The notes beneath the pieces were generated by a model. That model worked only from the letters and a program-made list of their open reading frames with translations. It did no database searches and had not been told where the DNA came from. Shown here in pieces: positions 37,945-47,442 of a stretch of DNA of 64,000 nucleotides. How positions within the stretch are numbered: position 1 is the first letter of the stretch; the number at the start of each line of letters is the position of its first letter. Source of the stretch: Bacteroidales bacterium (GTDB lineage Bacteria > Bacteroidota > Bacteroidia > Bacteroidales > Muribaculaceae); NCBI GenBank assembly GCA_900768685.1, contig CAAGDX010000014.1, positions 2,399 through 66,398 of the forward strand, written 5' to 3'. The position numbers and the translations under genes were made by a program.

Positions 37945-38883
37945 TTATGATTTTTGTGAGTTTGCTGATTTTATATCCATAATAGACACGTTTTCGTTGC
38001 GATAACGTGCATTCGGATTTTTTTCGCCGTTGGCAAGGAAAGTAATGCTGCTGTCTTTGCGGAACTGAATGGCTTTTTGCGGGCAGTTTTGTATGCATGC
38101 AAAGCAAAATTCACAGTCACCGGCTGTGGTGATGCCGGCGGAAGTGTATTCGTAGTTGCCACGAGGACAAACGTAGGTGCAAATGCCGCAACCTATACAG
38201 GATTTTGCTATCTCAAAAGCATCTTCACTTTTAACCAGAAATCCCACTTCAGGGTCAATTCCGGAGCGTTCCAGGAACCCTTGGTGCTGCTCGCGTTCCA
38301 GGTCTGTAACCGGTTCGTGCCATTGCGTGCGGCTATTTATGTCTTCGGCAATTTTGGCAAGGTTTTCAGGGATATGCTTGTCTATTTGCATCTGCTCGTT
38401 CATATCGAAATTCGGCAACCAGTTATCCACCATAATAATTGTGGAAATGTAGTCAAACTTGCAGTTGAGTTTAGACGTGATATCGTCCCAAATTTCCACA
38501 GCATTGCATTTGCGGTTTCCGTATGTGAGAACGGCAAATTTATAGTCGGCTTTAAGGTTTGCTTGTTGGATAAATTTGCGAACCATGTTTGGTGGCATGT
38601 GACCGTAGATAGGATAAACAATACCTATTTCTTCCGCTTCAATATCAAAAATGCCGTTTTTCATAAGTTGCGGAATACTAAGCAGCTCTGCGTCTTTTCC
38701 GCCAAGTTCTCTTGCAATATGGAGGCAGTTTCCTGTGCCCGTGAAATATAGTATTACCCTTTTTTTGCGTTCCGTGCAGGAAGTAAAAGAAAGGAGTCCG
38801 GAAGTAGCCATAGCTGCACCGGCTATTGTAAGTCCCATTCTTTTCAGGGCTTCTCTGCGTGAAATGTTGTTTTTCTGTGACAT
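37945..38883 (-). CDS. Flavodoxin-like/4Fe-4S ferredoxin protein (EFR1-like) with a Tat-type lipoprotein signal
   Basis: SRREALKRMGLTIAGAAMATSGLLSFTSC combines a twin-arginine motif with a lipobox. A flavodoxin-like ILYFTGTGNC...IVYPIYG segment is present. C-terminal CIGCGICTYVCP and CEFCFACIQNCP. Confidence 0.65.
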   Translation of the reverse strand: MSQKNNISRREALKRMGLTIAGAAMATSGLLSFTSCTERKKRVILYFTGTGNCLHIARELGGKDAELLSIPQLMKNGIFDIEAEEIGIVYPIYGHMPPNMVRKFIQQANLKADYKFAVLTYGNRKCNAVEIWDDITSKLNCKFDYISTIIMVDNWLPNFDMNEQMQIDKHIPENLAKIAEDINSRTQWHEPVTDLEREQHQGFLERSGIDPEVGFLVKSEDAFEIAKSCIGCGICTYVCPRGNYEYTSAGITTAGDCEFCFACIQNCPQKAIQFRKDSSITFLANGEKNPNARYRNENVSIMDIKSANSQKS

Positions 38884-38921
38884 TAGTTTTGAATTTTTAG
38901 TTAATGCCTTTTATAATGTTG

Positions 38922-38929
38922 CAAATTTA
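38922..38929 (-). promoter_or_regulatory. Bacteroidetes -7 promoter motif (TAAATTTG on the minus strand) for the redox operon
   Basis: The plus strand reads CAAATTTA. It lies 39 nt upstream of the minus-strand ATG at 38883. Confidence 0.45.
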
Positions 38930-38975
38930 GTGAATAAAAATGAATATCAATGATATATTTTTCGTAATATCTTAA

Positions 38976-39491
38976 TTATTTTTCGGAAAAGTGAAGTTCT
39001 TCAAATTGTAAAAGCCATTTTTTTATTTCCAAACCGCCGGCATAGCCCACAAGTTTGCCGTCGCTGCCTATTACTCTGTGGCAGGGAACTATCAGTTGAA
39101 CAGGGTTTACATTCATGGCAAAGCCTATGGCACGAGCATATCTGCAACCGCATTTTTTTGCAATAAAACTGTAAGATGCGGTCTTTCCAAAAGGTATCTG
39201 AGTGGTTATTTGCCATATTTTCTTCTGAAAATCCGTGCCTTCTACCTTAAGCGGCGGAAAAAAGTTCGGTTTTTTTCCGGAAAAGTAAATATCAAGCCAT
39301 TTTATAACTTGAGCGAGTGCTGCGGCATTGCCGGAATGTTCTCCATTCTCATCTAAACAGACTTTTGCATCACTATCTGTTTTTTCGTTTTTCTTTACAA
39401 ATTTAAGGCTTGTGATGCTTCCGTCTTTCGCAGTGATTCTAATTTTCCCGGCAGGAGAGGAATAGTAATAAGTGCAGACGTTTTCTTCCAT
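38976..39491 (-). CDS. ogt: Methylated-DNA--protein-cysteine methyltransferase
   Basis: Active-site motif LIVPCHRVIGSDGKLVGYAGG. I chose the ATG at 39491 (MEENVCTYYYSSPAGKIRI...) because the longer ORF (to 39620) would overlap the 3' end of ackA. Confidence 0.85.
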   Translation of the reverse strand: MEENVCTYYYSSPAGKIRITAKDGSITSLKFVKKNEKTDSDAKVCLDENGEHSGNAAALAQVIKWLDIYFSGKKPNFFPPLKVEGTDFQKKIWQITTQIPFGKTASYSFIAKKCGCRYARAIGFAMNVNPVQLIVPCHRVIGSDGKLVGYAGGLEIKKWLLQFEELHFSEK

Positions 39492-39576
39492 ATTGCTTTT
39501 ATAATAAAACAAGGAGTGCAAAAAATGATACGTTTTGCACTCCTCGGAATAATTGCTATGAATGAAAATTGTAGGA

Positions 39577-40785
39577 TTATAATTCCTTACCTGATACAAT
39601 TGCTTCAGTGTCGCGAGCAATCATCATTTCTTCGTCGGTAGGAACAACCACCACTTTTACTTTTGATTCCGGTGTGGATATGATTGTTTCCGTGCCGCGA
39701 GTTTTGGCATTCAGTTCTTCGTTTATTTCCACGCCCATAAATTTGAGAGGACGGCAAACGTTTCCGCGAAGTCCTGTCTGGTTTTCGCCAACACCACCTG
39801 TAAAGACGATGATATCCACGCCACCCATTTCTGCTGCGTATGCACCAATGTATTTTGTGATGCGTTGTTCATACATTGCAAGTGCGAGTTGTGCACGAGG
39901 GTTACCTTCCTTATCTGCAGCTTCAATTTCGCGCATATCTGAAGAAATTTCGGAAACTCCTGCTACACCACTTTCCTTATTGATGATTCTCTGGATATCA
40001 TCTGCTGTGAGGTTGTGCTTTTTCATAAGGAATGTGATTGCACCCGGGTCGATATCGCCTACGCGTGTTCCCATCATAAGTCCTTCCGTAGGAGTGAGAC
40101 CCATAGAGGTGTCAACACTCTTGCCTCCAACGATAGCGGTGATAGAACCACCGTTTCCTACGTGGCAAGTGATGATTTTTTGTTCTTTAGGGTCAACGCC
40201 GAGGATTTCACAAACGCGTGCGGAAACGTATCTGTGGCTTGTTCCGTGGAAACCGTAGCGACGTACACCGTCTTCCTTATAGAATTTATACGGCAGAGCA
40301 TACATAAAACTCTTTGCAGGCATAGTCTGGTGAAATGCTGTGTCAAATACGCCCACTTGCGGCACATTCGGGAGAATAGAGAGAATTGCTTCAACACCAG
40401 TGATGTTTGCCGGGTTATGGAGCGGTGCAAGAGGGTAACATTCTTTTACCATGGCAATTACCTGGTCATCTATTTTTACACTCTTGCTGAATTTTTCGCC
40501 TCCATGTACAAGTCTGTGACCTACTGCGTCTATTTCATCAAAACTGCTGATGCAGCCTTCTTTAGTGTCTGTGAGGTTTTTGAGGATAGCCATCACGGAG
40601 CCTTTGTGGTCCGTATTTCCGAGTTCTATTATTTTTTTAGTGCCGTCGTTGGCTTTGAATTTGAGAAAACCGTCATCAAGACCTATTTTTTCCACACCGC
40701 CTTCAGCGAGTGTTTTGTCTGCTGTGGTGTCAATGAGTTTATATTTCACGGAACTGCTTCCGCAGTTAAGAACGAGGATTTTCAT
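39577..40785 (-). CDS. ackA: Acetate kinase
   Basis: MKILVLNCGSSSVKYKL..., HRLVHGG, FDTAFHQTMP and GFHGTSHRYV are canonical AckA motifs. Confidence 0.95.
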   Translation of the reverse strand: MKILVLNCGSSSVKYKLIDTTADKTLAEGGVEKIGLDDGFLKFKANDGTKKIIELGNTDHKGSVMAILKNLTDTKEGCISSFDEIDAVGHRLVHGGEKFSKSVKIDDQVIAMVKECYPLAPLHNPANITGVEAILSILPNVPQVGVFDTAFHQTMPAKSFMYALPYKFYKEDGVRRYGFHGTSHRYVSARVCEILGVDPKEQKIITCHVGNGGSITAIVGGKSVDTSMGLTPTEGLMMGTRVGDIDPGAITFLMKKHNLTADDIQRIINKESGVAGVSEISSDMREIEAADKEGNPRAQLALAMYEQRITKYIGAYAAEMGGVDIIVFTGGVGENQTGLRGNVCRPLKFMGVEINEELNAKTRGTETIISTPESKVKVVVVPTDEEMMIARDTEAIVSGKEL

Positions 40786-40817
40786 TGCTATTCTTTGTGT
40801 TTTTATGGTGATAATAT

Positions 40818-41834
40818 TTATTTGTTTTCTTTAAGTCCGATTGCTTGGTTGCAAGTCATGATGATAGTTTTGTAAATATCTTCCGGGAAGCAACCGCGAG
40901 AAAGGTCGTTCACAGGAGCAGCAAGACCCTGGAGGACAGGACCTACGGCTTCCACTCCGCCAAGACGCTGAACAAGTTTGTATGCGATATTTCCCACTTC
41001 CAGTGACGGGAACACGAGAACGTTTGCACGTCCGCTGAGAGGTGAATTTGGTGCTTTTGTGTTGCATACAATAGGCACGATAGCGGCATCTGCCTGCAAT
41101 TCACCGTCAAGAATGAGTTCCGGAGCCATTTCGTGAGCAATCTTTGTGGCTTCAATCACCTTGTTTACTCTTTCATGTTTTGCACTGCCCTTTGTTGAGA
41201 AACTGAGAATAGCAACACGCGGTTCTATTCCTGCAATGTCGCGTGCTGTGCGGCTTGCGGATACTGCTATTTGTGCAAGTTCTGCTGCTGTTGGGTCCGG
41301 AACAACGGCACAGTCTGCAAAAACGAGGATTCCGTCTGTGCCATAGTGCTTGTCTTCCGGCAGAAGCATCAGGAACGCTCCGGAAACAACGTCAATTCCC
41401 GGCTGTGTCTTGATAACCTGGAATGCGGCACGGAGAACGTTTCCCGTTGTGTTCATTGCACCTGCCACTTGACCGTCTGCATCGCCTGCTTTCACCATAA
41501 GGCAACCCAGATAGAGCGGATTTGCCGTGGTGAGTCTTGCTTCTTCCATAGTGATGCCTTTTTTCTTGCGGAGTTCAAAGAAAAGAGGAGCGTATTTGTC
41601 TATAACCTTTTCATCGGCAGGGTCAATGATATGAGCATTGCAAATGTTTTCCAATTTCATCTCTGCTGCCATACGTTTGATATCTGCAGGGTCACCGATA
41701 AGTGTGATGTCTGCTATTCCGTCACCGATAATACGGTCTGCAGCGGTGAGAGTGCGTGGTTCTGTGCCTTCAGGTAACACAATTCTTTGTCTGTTGCTTT
41801 TTGCTTTAGCAGTAAGCTGTTCGAATAGTTTCAT
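40818..41834 (-). CDS. pta: Phosphate acetyltransferase
   Basis: RIVLPEGTEPRTLTAADRI... with ~338 aa matches short-form Pta. It lies adjacent to and upstream of ackA. Confidence 0.9.
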   Translation of the reverse strand: MKLFEQLTAKAKSNRQRIVLPEGTEPRTLTAADRIIGDGIADITLIGDPADIKRMAAEMKLENICNAHIIDPADEKVIDKYAPLFFELRKKKGITMEEARLTTANPLYLGCLMVKAGDADGQVAGAMNTTGNVLRAAFQVIKTQPGIDVVSGAFLMLLPEDKHYGTDGILVFADCAVVPDPTAAELAQIAVSASRTARDIAGIEPRVAILSFSTKGSAKHERVNKVIEATKIAHEMAPELILDGELQADAAIVPIVCNTKAPNSPLSGRANVLVFPSLEVGNIAYKLVQRLGGVEAVGPVLQGLAAPVNDLSRGCFPEDIYKTIIMTCNQAIGLKENK

Positions 41835-41877
41835 AATCGAAATATGTAAGGTTAGTTGTTATTTTACGTTTATGATG

Positions 41878-41885
41878 CAAAGTTA
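41878..41885 (-). promoter_or_regulatory. Bacteroidetes -7 promoter motif (TAACTTTG on the minus strand) for pta-ackA
   Basis: The plus strand reads CAAAGTTA. It lies 44 nt upstream of the pta ATG at 41834. Confidence 0.45.
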
Positions 41886-41995
41886 CAAATTTTAGATGTT
41901 AACTTGTCTTTTATTTTAAGATTTTTTTTGTGAAATTTGCACTGCAAATTCAATATTATTTGCTAATTTAGCACTTCAATTATAAACAGACTATT

Positions 41996-42313
41996 ATGGA
42001 ATACGACGAAAATATAGCTATCAAGCAGATACGCAAAGTGTTAAGTGCTGAATCAAATGCTCTTTACAACGAAGATGAAATCCTCAACGTGATAGACATG
42101 ATATGGGATTTCTATGAGGAAAACGGTATGCTGGAAATAGACGTGGAAGACGGAGAAGATGATAGCGAGGCTATTTTTGAAGAACTTTGCGACTACGTCA
42201 AAAGAATGTTGAAAAAAGACAAGGAAGCAAAAGTCCGTCCGGATGATGTTCCTCTGATTGTGAAAGCGGAAATAGATTATGAACTCAGTCTTGAGGAAGG
42301 AGAAGAAATATGA
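41996..42313 (+). CDS. Small acidic hypothetical protein (105 aa)
   Basis: Clean ORF, highly acidic (EIDVEDGEDDSEAIFEELCDY), no signal peptide. Its stop overlaps the next start (ATGA at 42310-42313). Confidence 0.5.
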   Translation: MEYDENIAIKQIRKVLSAESNALYNEDEILNVIDMIWDFYEENGMLEIDVEDGEDDSEAIFEELCDYVKRMLKKDKEAKVRPDDVPLIVKAEIDYELSLEEGEEI

Positions 42314-42945
42314 ACAAGGCTGTCAACATTATTAAAGTTGTGGCATTTTCGTTTGCACTGTTTGCTGCCGGAAATGTACATGCTCAAGTCGCTACACAGG
42401 AAACGGCATATTTGGAAACTTTGCAGGCTATGTCGCTGGAGGAAAATGTTTTGTCTCCTTCCGTGCCGGACAAAATGCACGAGAGAGTGAAGGGTATGAT
42501 GCACGCAGAAGCCGTGAAACTTGCTCGCCAAGGATACAAAGTGGAAACTATGCGTAAAGGAGAGGTTGTCGTGGCTACTATACAAACAGATGACCTGTTT
42601 TTGCCTAACGACACTCTTATGATTCAATCCGAGGCAGACAGACTTCTCACACCGTTCCTCAAATTCATCACAAACAAGGGTAAATTCAAACTTCTCCTTG
42701 CTGTGCACAGCGATAACACCGGAAGTAAAGATTATCTTATTGACTTGACTACAAGAAGAATAGAATCACTTTACTCCTGGTTTGATGCTATGAACGGTGA
42801 GGGCGCAAAATACGTTTTCGGTTATCCTATGGGTGACACTCAGCCTGTAAAAAAACAAGACACTCGTGAAAACAGGGCTGCAAACCGTCGCCTGGAAATT
42901 TACATTGTGCCGGAAGTGAAAACCTTGGATGCTATGAAAAAATAA
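42310..42945 (+). CDS. OmpA-like domain protein (secreted)
   Basis: Signal peptide ...FALFAAGNVHAQ. The C-terminal NRAANRRLEIYIVP is typical of OmpA_C-like peptidoglycan-binding domains. Confidence 0.65.
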   Translation: MNKAVNIIKVVAFSFALFAAGNVHAQVATQETAYLETLQAMSLEENVLSPSVPDKMHERVKGMMHAEAVKLARQGYKVETMRKGEVVVATIQTDDLFLPNDTLMIQSEADRLLTPFLKFITNKGKFKLLLAVHSDNTGSKDYLIDLTTRRIESLYSWFDAMNGEGAKYVFGYPMGDTQPVKKQDTRENRAANRRLEIYIVPEVKTLDAMKK

Positions 42946-43009
42946 AACTTTTTGAAACAGACTTTGAATTATTTTTATTGCTTGTAGCAATAGTATGCAG
43001 TAAAATTGC

Positions 43010-43017
43010 TAATTTTG
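43010..43017 (+). promoter_or_regulatory. Bacteroidetes -7 promoter motif TAATTTTG upstream of proS
   Basis: Exact TAnnTTTG, 42 nt upstream of the ATG at 43059. Confidence 0.5.
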
Positions 43018-43058
43018 CAGAATAATTAAAAATACAATAGAAAAAACATTAAATATAA

Positions 43059-44540
43059 ATGGCAACCGAACTTAAGGACCTTACAAAACGTAAGGATAAT
43101 TATTCTCAGTGGTACAACGAGTTAGTAGTGAAAGCAGACCTCGCTGAACAGTCTGCAGTTAGAGGTTGTATGGTTATCAAACCATACGGATATGCAATTT
43201 GGGAAAAAATGCAGCAGCAGTTGGACAGAATGTTCAAGGCTACAGGCGTGCAAAATGCTTATTTCCCGCTACTTATCCCTAAATCTTATCTTTGTCGTGA
43301 AGCAGAACACGTGGAAGGTTTTGCTAAGGAATGTGCCGTTGTGACACATTATCGTCTTAAAAACGACCCGAACGGCAAAGGTGTTGTGGTTGACCCTGAT
43401 GCCAAACTTGAAGAAGAACTTATCATCCGCCCTACATCTGAAACTATCATTTGGGGTACATATAAAAACTGGATTCAGTCATACCGCGACCTCCCTGTGC
43501 TTTGCAATCAGTGGGCAAACGTTATGAGATGGGAAATGCGTACGCGTATGTTCCTCCGTACTGCGGAATTTCTCTGGCAAGAAGGACACTGTGCTCATGC
43601 CACTGCTGAGGAATCTGAAGCTCGCACAGTGCAGATGATAAACCTCTATGCGGACTTTGCGGAAAAATATATGGCAGTGCCTGTCATTAAAGGTGTTAAA
43701 TCTGCAAATGAACGTTTTGCAGGTGCTTTGAATACATACACTATCGAGGCTATGATGCAAGACGGAAAAGCTCTCCAGAGCGGTACTTCTCACAACCTCG
43801 GTCAGAACTTCGCAAAAGCATTTGATGTTACATTCATCAATAAGGAAAACAAACCGGAATACGTTTGGGCTAACTCTTGGGGTGTTTCTACACGACTTAT
43901 GGGTGCTCTGATTATGTGCCACTCAGACGACAACGGACTTGTTCTTCCTCCACATTTGGCTCCAATACAGGTGGTGATTGTTCCTATCTTCAAAAATAAT
44001 GAACAACTCGCCAAAATCTCTGAAAAAGTGCAGCCTATCGTGGATAAACTCACTCAGATGGGCATCAGCGTGAAATATGATGACGCAGACAATAAGCGTC
44101 CGGGATTCAAGTTTGCCGACTATGAACTGAAAGGTATTCCTGTTCGTCTTGCTATCGGTGCTCGTGACCTTGAAAACGGTACTGTTGAACTCATGCGTCG
44201 AGATACACTTGAAAAACAAGTGGAGCCGCTTGAAGGAATTGAAGAATACATCTCCAAACTCCTTGAAGAAATTCAAAATAATATCTACCAAAAAGCTCTT
44301 AACCGCCGTCAGGAAATGACTCGCACTGTGGATACTTACGAGGAATTTAAGGTGGAAATTGAAAAAGGTGGATTTATCCTCGCTCACTGGGACGGAACTA
44401 CGGAAACGGAAGAAAAAATCAAGGAAGAAACAAAGGCTACTCTGCGTTGTATTCCTCTTGACGGTGACAAAACTCCGGGCAAATGTATGGTTACCGGTCG
44501 TCCTTCCGCTCAGAGAGTTATCTTTGCAAGAAACTACTAA
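43059..44540 (+). CDS. proS: Proline--tRNA ligase (archaeal/eukaryote-like type)
   Basis: [36 protein letters not shown]..., [12 protein letters not shown] and [12 protein letters not shown], with ~493 aa. Confidence 0.92.
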   Translation: MATELKDLTKRKDNYSQWYNELVVKADLAEQSAVRGCMVIKPYGYAIWEKMQQQLDRMFKATGVQNAYFPLLIPKSYLCREAEHVEGFAKECAVVTHYRLKNDPNGKGVVVDPDAKLEEELIIRPTSETIIWGTYKNWIQSYRDLPVLCNQWANVMRWEMRTRMFLRTAEFLWQEGHCAHATAEESEARTVQMINLYADFAEKYMAVPVIKGVKSANERFAGALNTYTIEAMMQDGKALQSGTSHNLGQNFAKAFDVTFINKENKPEYVWANSWGVSTRLMGALIMCHSDDNGLVLPPHLAPIQVVIVPIFKNNEQLAKISEKVQPIVDKLTQMGISVKYDDADNKRPGFKFADYELKGIPVRLAIGARDLENGTVELMRRDTLEKQVEPLEGIEEYISKLLEEIQNNIYQKALNRRQEMTRTVDTYEEFKVEIEKGGFILAHWDGTTETEEKIKEETKATLRCIPLDGDKTPGKCMVTGRPSAQRVIFARNY

Positions 44541-44556
44541 TTTTTTTCAAAACGGA

Positions 44557-44598
44557 TTTGGGAGATTTTTCATAAATCTCTCAAATCTTTATATTTTT
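44557..44598 (+). terminator. Probable terminator after proS
   Basis: A 12-bp stem, TTTGGGAGATTT (44557-44568) with AAATCTCTCAAA (44574-44585), contains one G-U pair. The downstream T-rich tract is interrupted. Confidence 0.45.
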
Positions 44599-44640
44599 CA
44601 AATAGCCTGACATATTATCTTTTAATACTGCTTTTTTACC

Positions 44641-45591
44641 ATGAACCTCCCGCGAATAGCCATAGTGATACCTTGCTACAACGAAGAAGAAGCTCTGCCG
44701 CTCTCTTCCAAGGAAATTCTTGCTCTTTTAGACAAAATGGCAGAGGAAAAACTTATTTCTGAAGATAGTTATATCCTTTGCAGCAACGATGGTAGCCGTG
44801 ACAAAACGTGGCAGGTTATCAATGAACTTCATGAGAAAGATAAGAGAGTGAAAGGCATCTCTCTTGCTCACAATAGAGGACACCAATACGCACTTCTTGC
44901 AGGACTTATGACTGCTAAAGAAAACTGCGATGCCGCTATCTCTATTGATGCCGATTTGCAGGACGACCCGAATGCAATTGTGGAAATGGTGAAAAAATTC
45001 CGTGAGGGAAAAGAAATTGTGTATGGTGTGCGTTCTTCTCGCAAAACAGACACATGGTTTAAGCGTAACACCGCTCACGCTTTTTACTCATTCCAGAAAA
45101 CAATGGGACTTGAAACGGTGTATGACCACGCCGATTATCGCCTTATGAGTAAGCGTGCACTTGACCTTCTCAGTGAATACGGCGAAAAAAACCTCTTCAT
45201 CCGCGGTATCGTGCCGCAGATAGGACTTGAAACAGACGTTGTGACATACGAGAGAAACGAACGTGTGGCAGGTGAATCCAAGTATCCGCTCAGCAAGATG
45301 CTCAGTTTTTCTATCGACGGCATTACTTCTTTCTCCGCACGTCCTATGCGTTGGATTTTTATGACGGGACTTGTGCTGCTCTTGCTTGATATTTTCATCG
45401 CAGTTTACGTCCTTATCTCATATTTCCACCACAGTGCCATTTCCGGTTGGACCTCAATCATACTTTCCGTATGGTTCCTTGGCTCGCTTATTCTTATGAG
45501 TATTGGTATTGTGGGCGAATACATCGGCAAGATATTTATAGAAGTTAAAAATCGTCCTCGCTACGCAATAAAAGATTATCTACTGGACTGA
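44641..45591 (+). CDS. GT2 family glycosyltransferase (GtrB/ArnC-like polyprenyl-phosphate glycosyltransferase)
   Basis: IVIPCYNEEEALP..., NDGSRDKT and SIDADLQDDP motifs, plus two C-terminal TM helices. Confidence 0.8.
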   Translation: MNLPRIAIVIPCYNEEEALPLSSKEILALLDKMAEEKLISEDSYILCSNDGSRDKTWQVINELHEKDKRVKGISLAHNRGHQYALLAGLMTAKENCDAAISIDADLQDDPNAIVEMVKKFREGKEIVYGVRSSRKTDTWFKRNTAHAFYSFQKTMGLETVYDHADYRLMSKRALDLLSEYGEKNLFIRGIVPQIGLETDVVTYERNERVAGESKYPLSKMLSFSIDGITSFSARPMRWIFMTGLVLLLLDIFIAVYVLISYFHHSAISGWTSIILSVWFLGSLILMSIGIVGEYIGKIFIEVKNRPRYAIKDYLLD

Positions 45592-46031
45592 TGAAAGATG
45601 TGTCTATTGACATATTTAATGCGGATACGTCAACCTTTATGCCTATGCCTTACGCAGAGCAGGGTATTCAGGCGGGATTTCCTTCGCCTGCACAGGATTA
45701 TATCTCTGAAAGCATAGACCTGAACCGCGAACTTATCCGTCACCCGTCTGCCACTTTTTACGGTCGTGTTTCCGGAGACTCTATGATAGAGGAAGGAATA
45801 GAGGAGGGTGACATTATTGTTATAGACCGTGCTATCGAGCCGCATGACGGTGACCTTGCAGTGTGCTGCGTAGATGGCGAATTTACTCTCAAGCACATCA
45901 AAATAGAGGAAGACCACGCTTGGCTCATTCCTGCAAACGAAAGTTTTGACCCTATACTTGTTGACGGTGAAAGCAAATTTTCCATTTGGGGAGTGGTGAC
46001 ATATACTATAAAGAGGTCGCACCGCAGATAA
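45591..46031 (+). CDS. umuD: UmuD-like S24 peptidase (translesion polymerase V accessory subunit)
   Basis: QAGFPSPAQDYISESIDLNRELIRHPSATFYGRVSGDSMI contains an Ala-Gly cleavage site and the Ser nucleophile, and ...FTLKHIK supplies the Lys. At 146 aa it has no DNA-binding domain. Confidence 0.85.
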   Translation: MKDVSIDIFNADTSTFMPMPYAEQGIQAGFPSPAQDYISESIDLNRELIRHPSATFYGRVSGDSMIEEGIEEGDIIVIDRAIEPHDGDLAVCCVDGEFTLKHIKIEEDHAWLIPANESFDPILVDGESKFSIWGVVTYTIKRSHRR

Positions 46032-46047
46032 ATTCCTATTGCCTGCC

Positions 46048-47313
46048 ATGTACGGGATTGTGGATTGCAATAATTTTTTTGTATCCTGCGAGAGGGTTTT
46101 TGACCCGAAATTGTGGGATAGACCCGTAGTGGTGTTGAGCAACAATGATGGCTGTGCCGTGGCTATTTCCAATGAGGCTAAAGCACTGGGTATTCGTCGC
46201 GGAGACCCACTTTTCAAAATTCAGGATATTGTTGATGCTCACGGAGTTATAACTCTTTCCGGAAATCATAAACTTTATGGCGATATGTCGTCACGAGTGA
46301 TGATGACGCTCGCCTCGATTTTTCCGCAAATAGAAATTTATTCCATTGATGAGTGCTTTATAAATCTTGAAGGATTTCCGGAAGAAAAACTGGAAGAAAT
46401 TGCACATCAGGCAGTTAAACTTGTACGCCGCTACACCGGCATCCCCACTTGCTTTGGCATTGCTCCCACAAAAACACTCGCAAAAGTGGCTGTGAAATTT
46501 GCAAAAAAATTTCCGGGATATAAATGCGTATGTGCTATCGATAGCGAAGAAAAACGGCTTAAGGCACTAAAACTTACGGAAATAGGTGATGTATGGGGAA
46601 TCGGACGCAGACTTGCAAGGCGTTTTGATGCTCTGAACATTCACAACGCCCTTTCTTTTGCACAAATGCAGCTGCTACAGGTGCAAGAAATGTTTAACCT
46701 TCCCGGCGAGCGTACTTGGCGTGAACTAAACGGCACTCCTTGCGTTATGGACGAGCAGCAGGAACCGGACCGCAAGCAGATTTGCACATCAAGAAGTTTT
46801 TCACAAATGATAGAAGATGTGGAAAAACTGGAGGAGGCTGTTTCCGCATTTGTCACTATTGCGGCACGCAAACTCCGCGAGCAAAACGGATTTACTTCTG
46901 CAGTCACCGTTTTTCTGCAAACAAACCGTTTCCGTGACGATTTGCCGCAATATTTCGGCAGCACTATTGTTTCACTTGAAGAACCACTTAACGATACTAT
47001 GACACTCTGCCGTGCCGCTATTGGCGGACTGCATAAAATATTCAAAAAAGGGTATAAATATAAACGTGCCGGCATCCTCTTTCCTGAAATTATCCGTGAG
47101 GAAAACGTCGTGCACAGCCTTTTCGTACAAGACGACACTCGCCAAAAACGCCTGCGTGTAATGAAGGTTTTAGACGAGATAAACACATCTCACGCTATGC
47201 ACGATAAAGTACATGTGGCATCGCACGTTCCAATGTCCGATATCGTGAAGCAACTTGCTCGCAGTCCGCTATATTCCACGCATTTTGATGAGATAATTAC
47301 TATAAAAGTATAG
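46048..47313 (+). CDS. umuC: Y-family DNA polymerase (UmuC-like)
   Basis: MYGIVDCNNFFVSCERVFDPKLWDRPVVVLSNNDGC..., SIDECFINL. The ATG at 46048 is preferred over the TTG at 46039. Confidence 0.88.
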   Translation: MYGIVDCNNFFVSCERVFDPKLWDRPVVVLSNNDGCAVAISNEAKALGIRRGDPLFKIQDIVDAHGVITLSGNHKLYGDMSSRVMMTLASIFPQIEIYSIDECFINLEGFPEEKLEEIAHQAVKLVRRYTGIPTCFGIAPTKTLAKVAVKFAKKFPGYKCVCAIDSEEKRLKALKLTEIGDVWGIGRRLARRFDALNIHNALSFAQMQLLQVQEMFNLPGERTWRELNGTPCVMDEQQEPDRKQICTSRSFSQMIEDVEKLEEAVSAFVTIAARKLREQNGFTSAVTVFLQTNRFRDDLPQYFGSTIVSLEEPLNDTMTLCRAAIGGLHKIFKKGYKYKRAGILFPEIIREENVVHSLFVQDDTRQKRLRVMKVLDEINTSHAMHDKVHVASHVPMSDIVKQLARSPLYSTHFDEIITIKV

Positions 47314-47405
47314 CAAGTTGGCAACGGTTGAAAAACTTGTTTTACAACATGTTACATTTCTGTTACAATCACTTAAAATAATTTAATATTAGAAGGCATA
47401 GTTAT

Positions 47406-47413
47406 TAAATTTG
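47406..47413 (+). promoter_or_regulatory. Bacteroidetes -7 promoter motif TAAATTTG
   Basis: Exact TAnnTTTG, 30 nt upstream of the ATG at 47443. Confidence 0.45.
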
Positions 47414-47442
47414 CATAAGAAACCACACAAAATTATCGCATT

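Noticed and set aside
39492-39620. A 43-codon N-terminal extension of ogt.
   Set aside because: It overlaps the 3' end of ackA and adds non-conserved sequence. MEENV... gives a normal ~171-aa Ogt.
38077-40875. Plus-strand ORFs of 216-286 aa (38077-38751, 39608-40258, 40015-40875) opposite the ferredoxin-like gene, ackA and pta.
   Set aside because: The minus-strand genes carry unmistakable AckA, Pta and Fe-S motifs. The plus-strand translations are low-complexity (Ser/Phe/Cys-rich) and have no recognisable domains.
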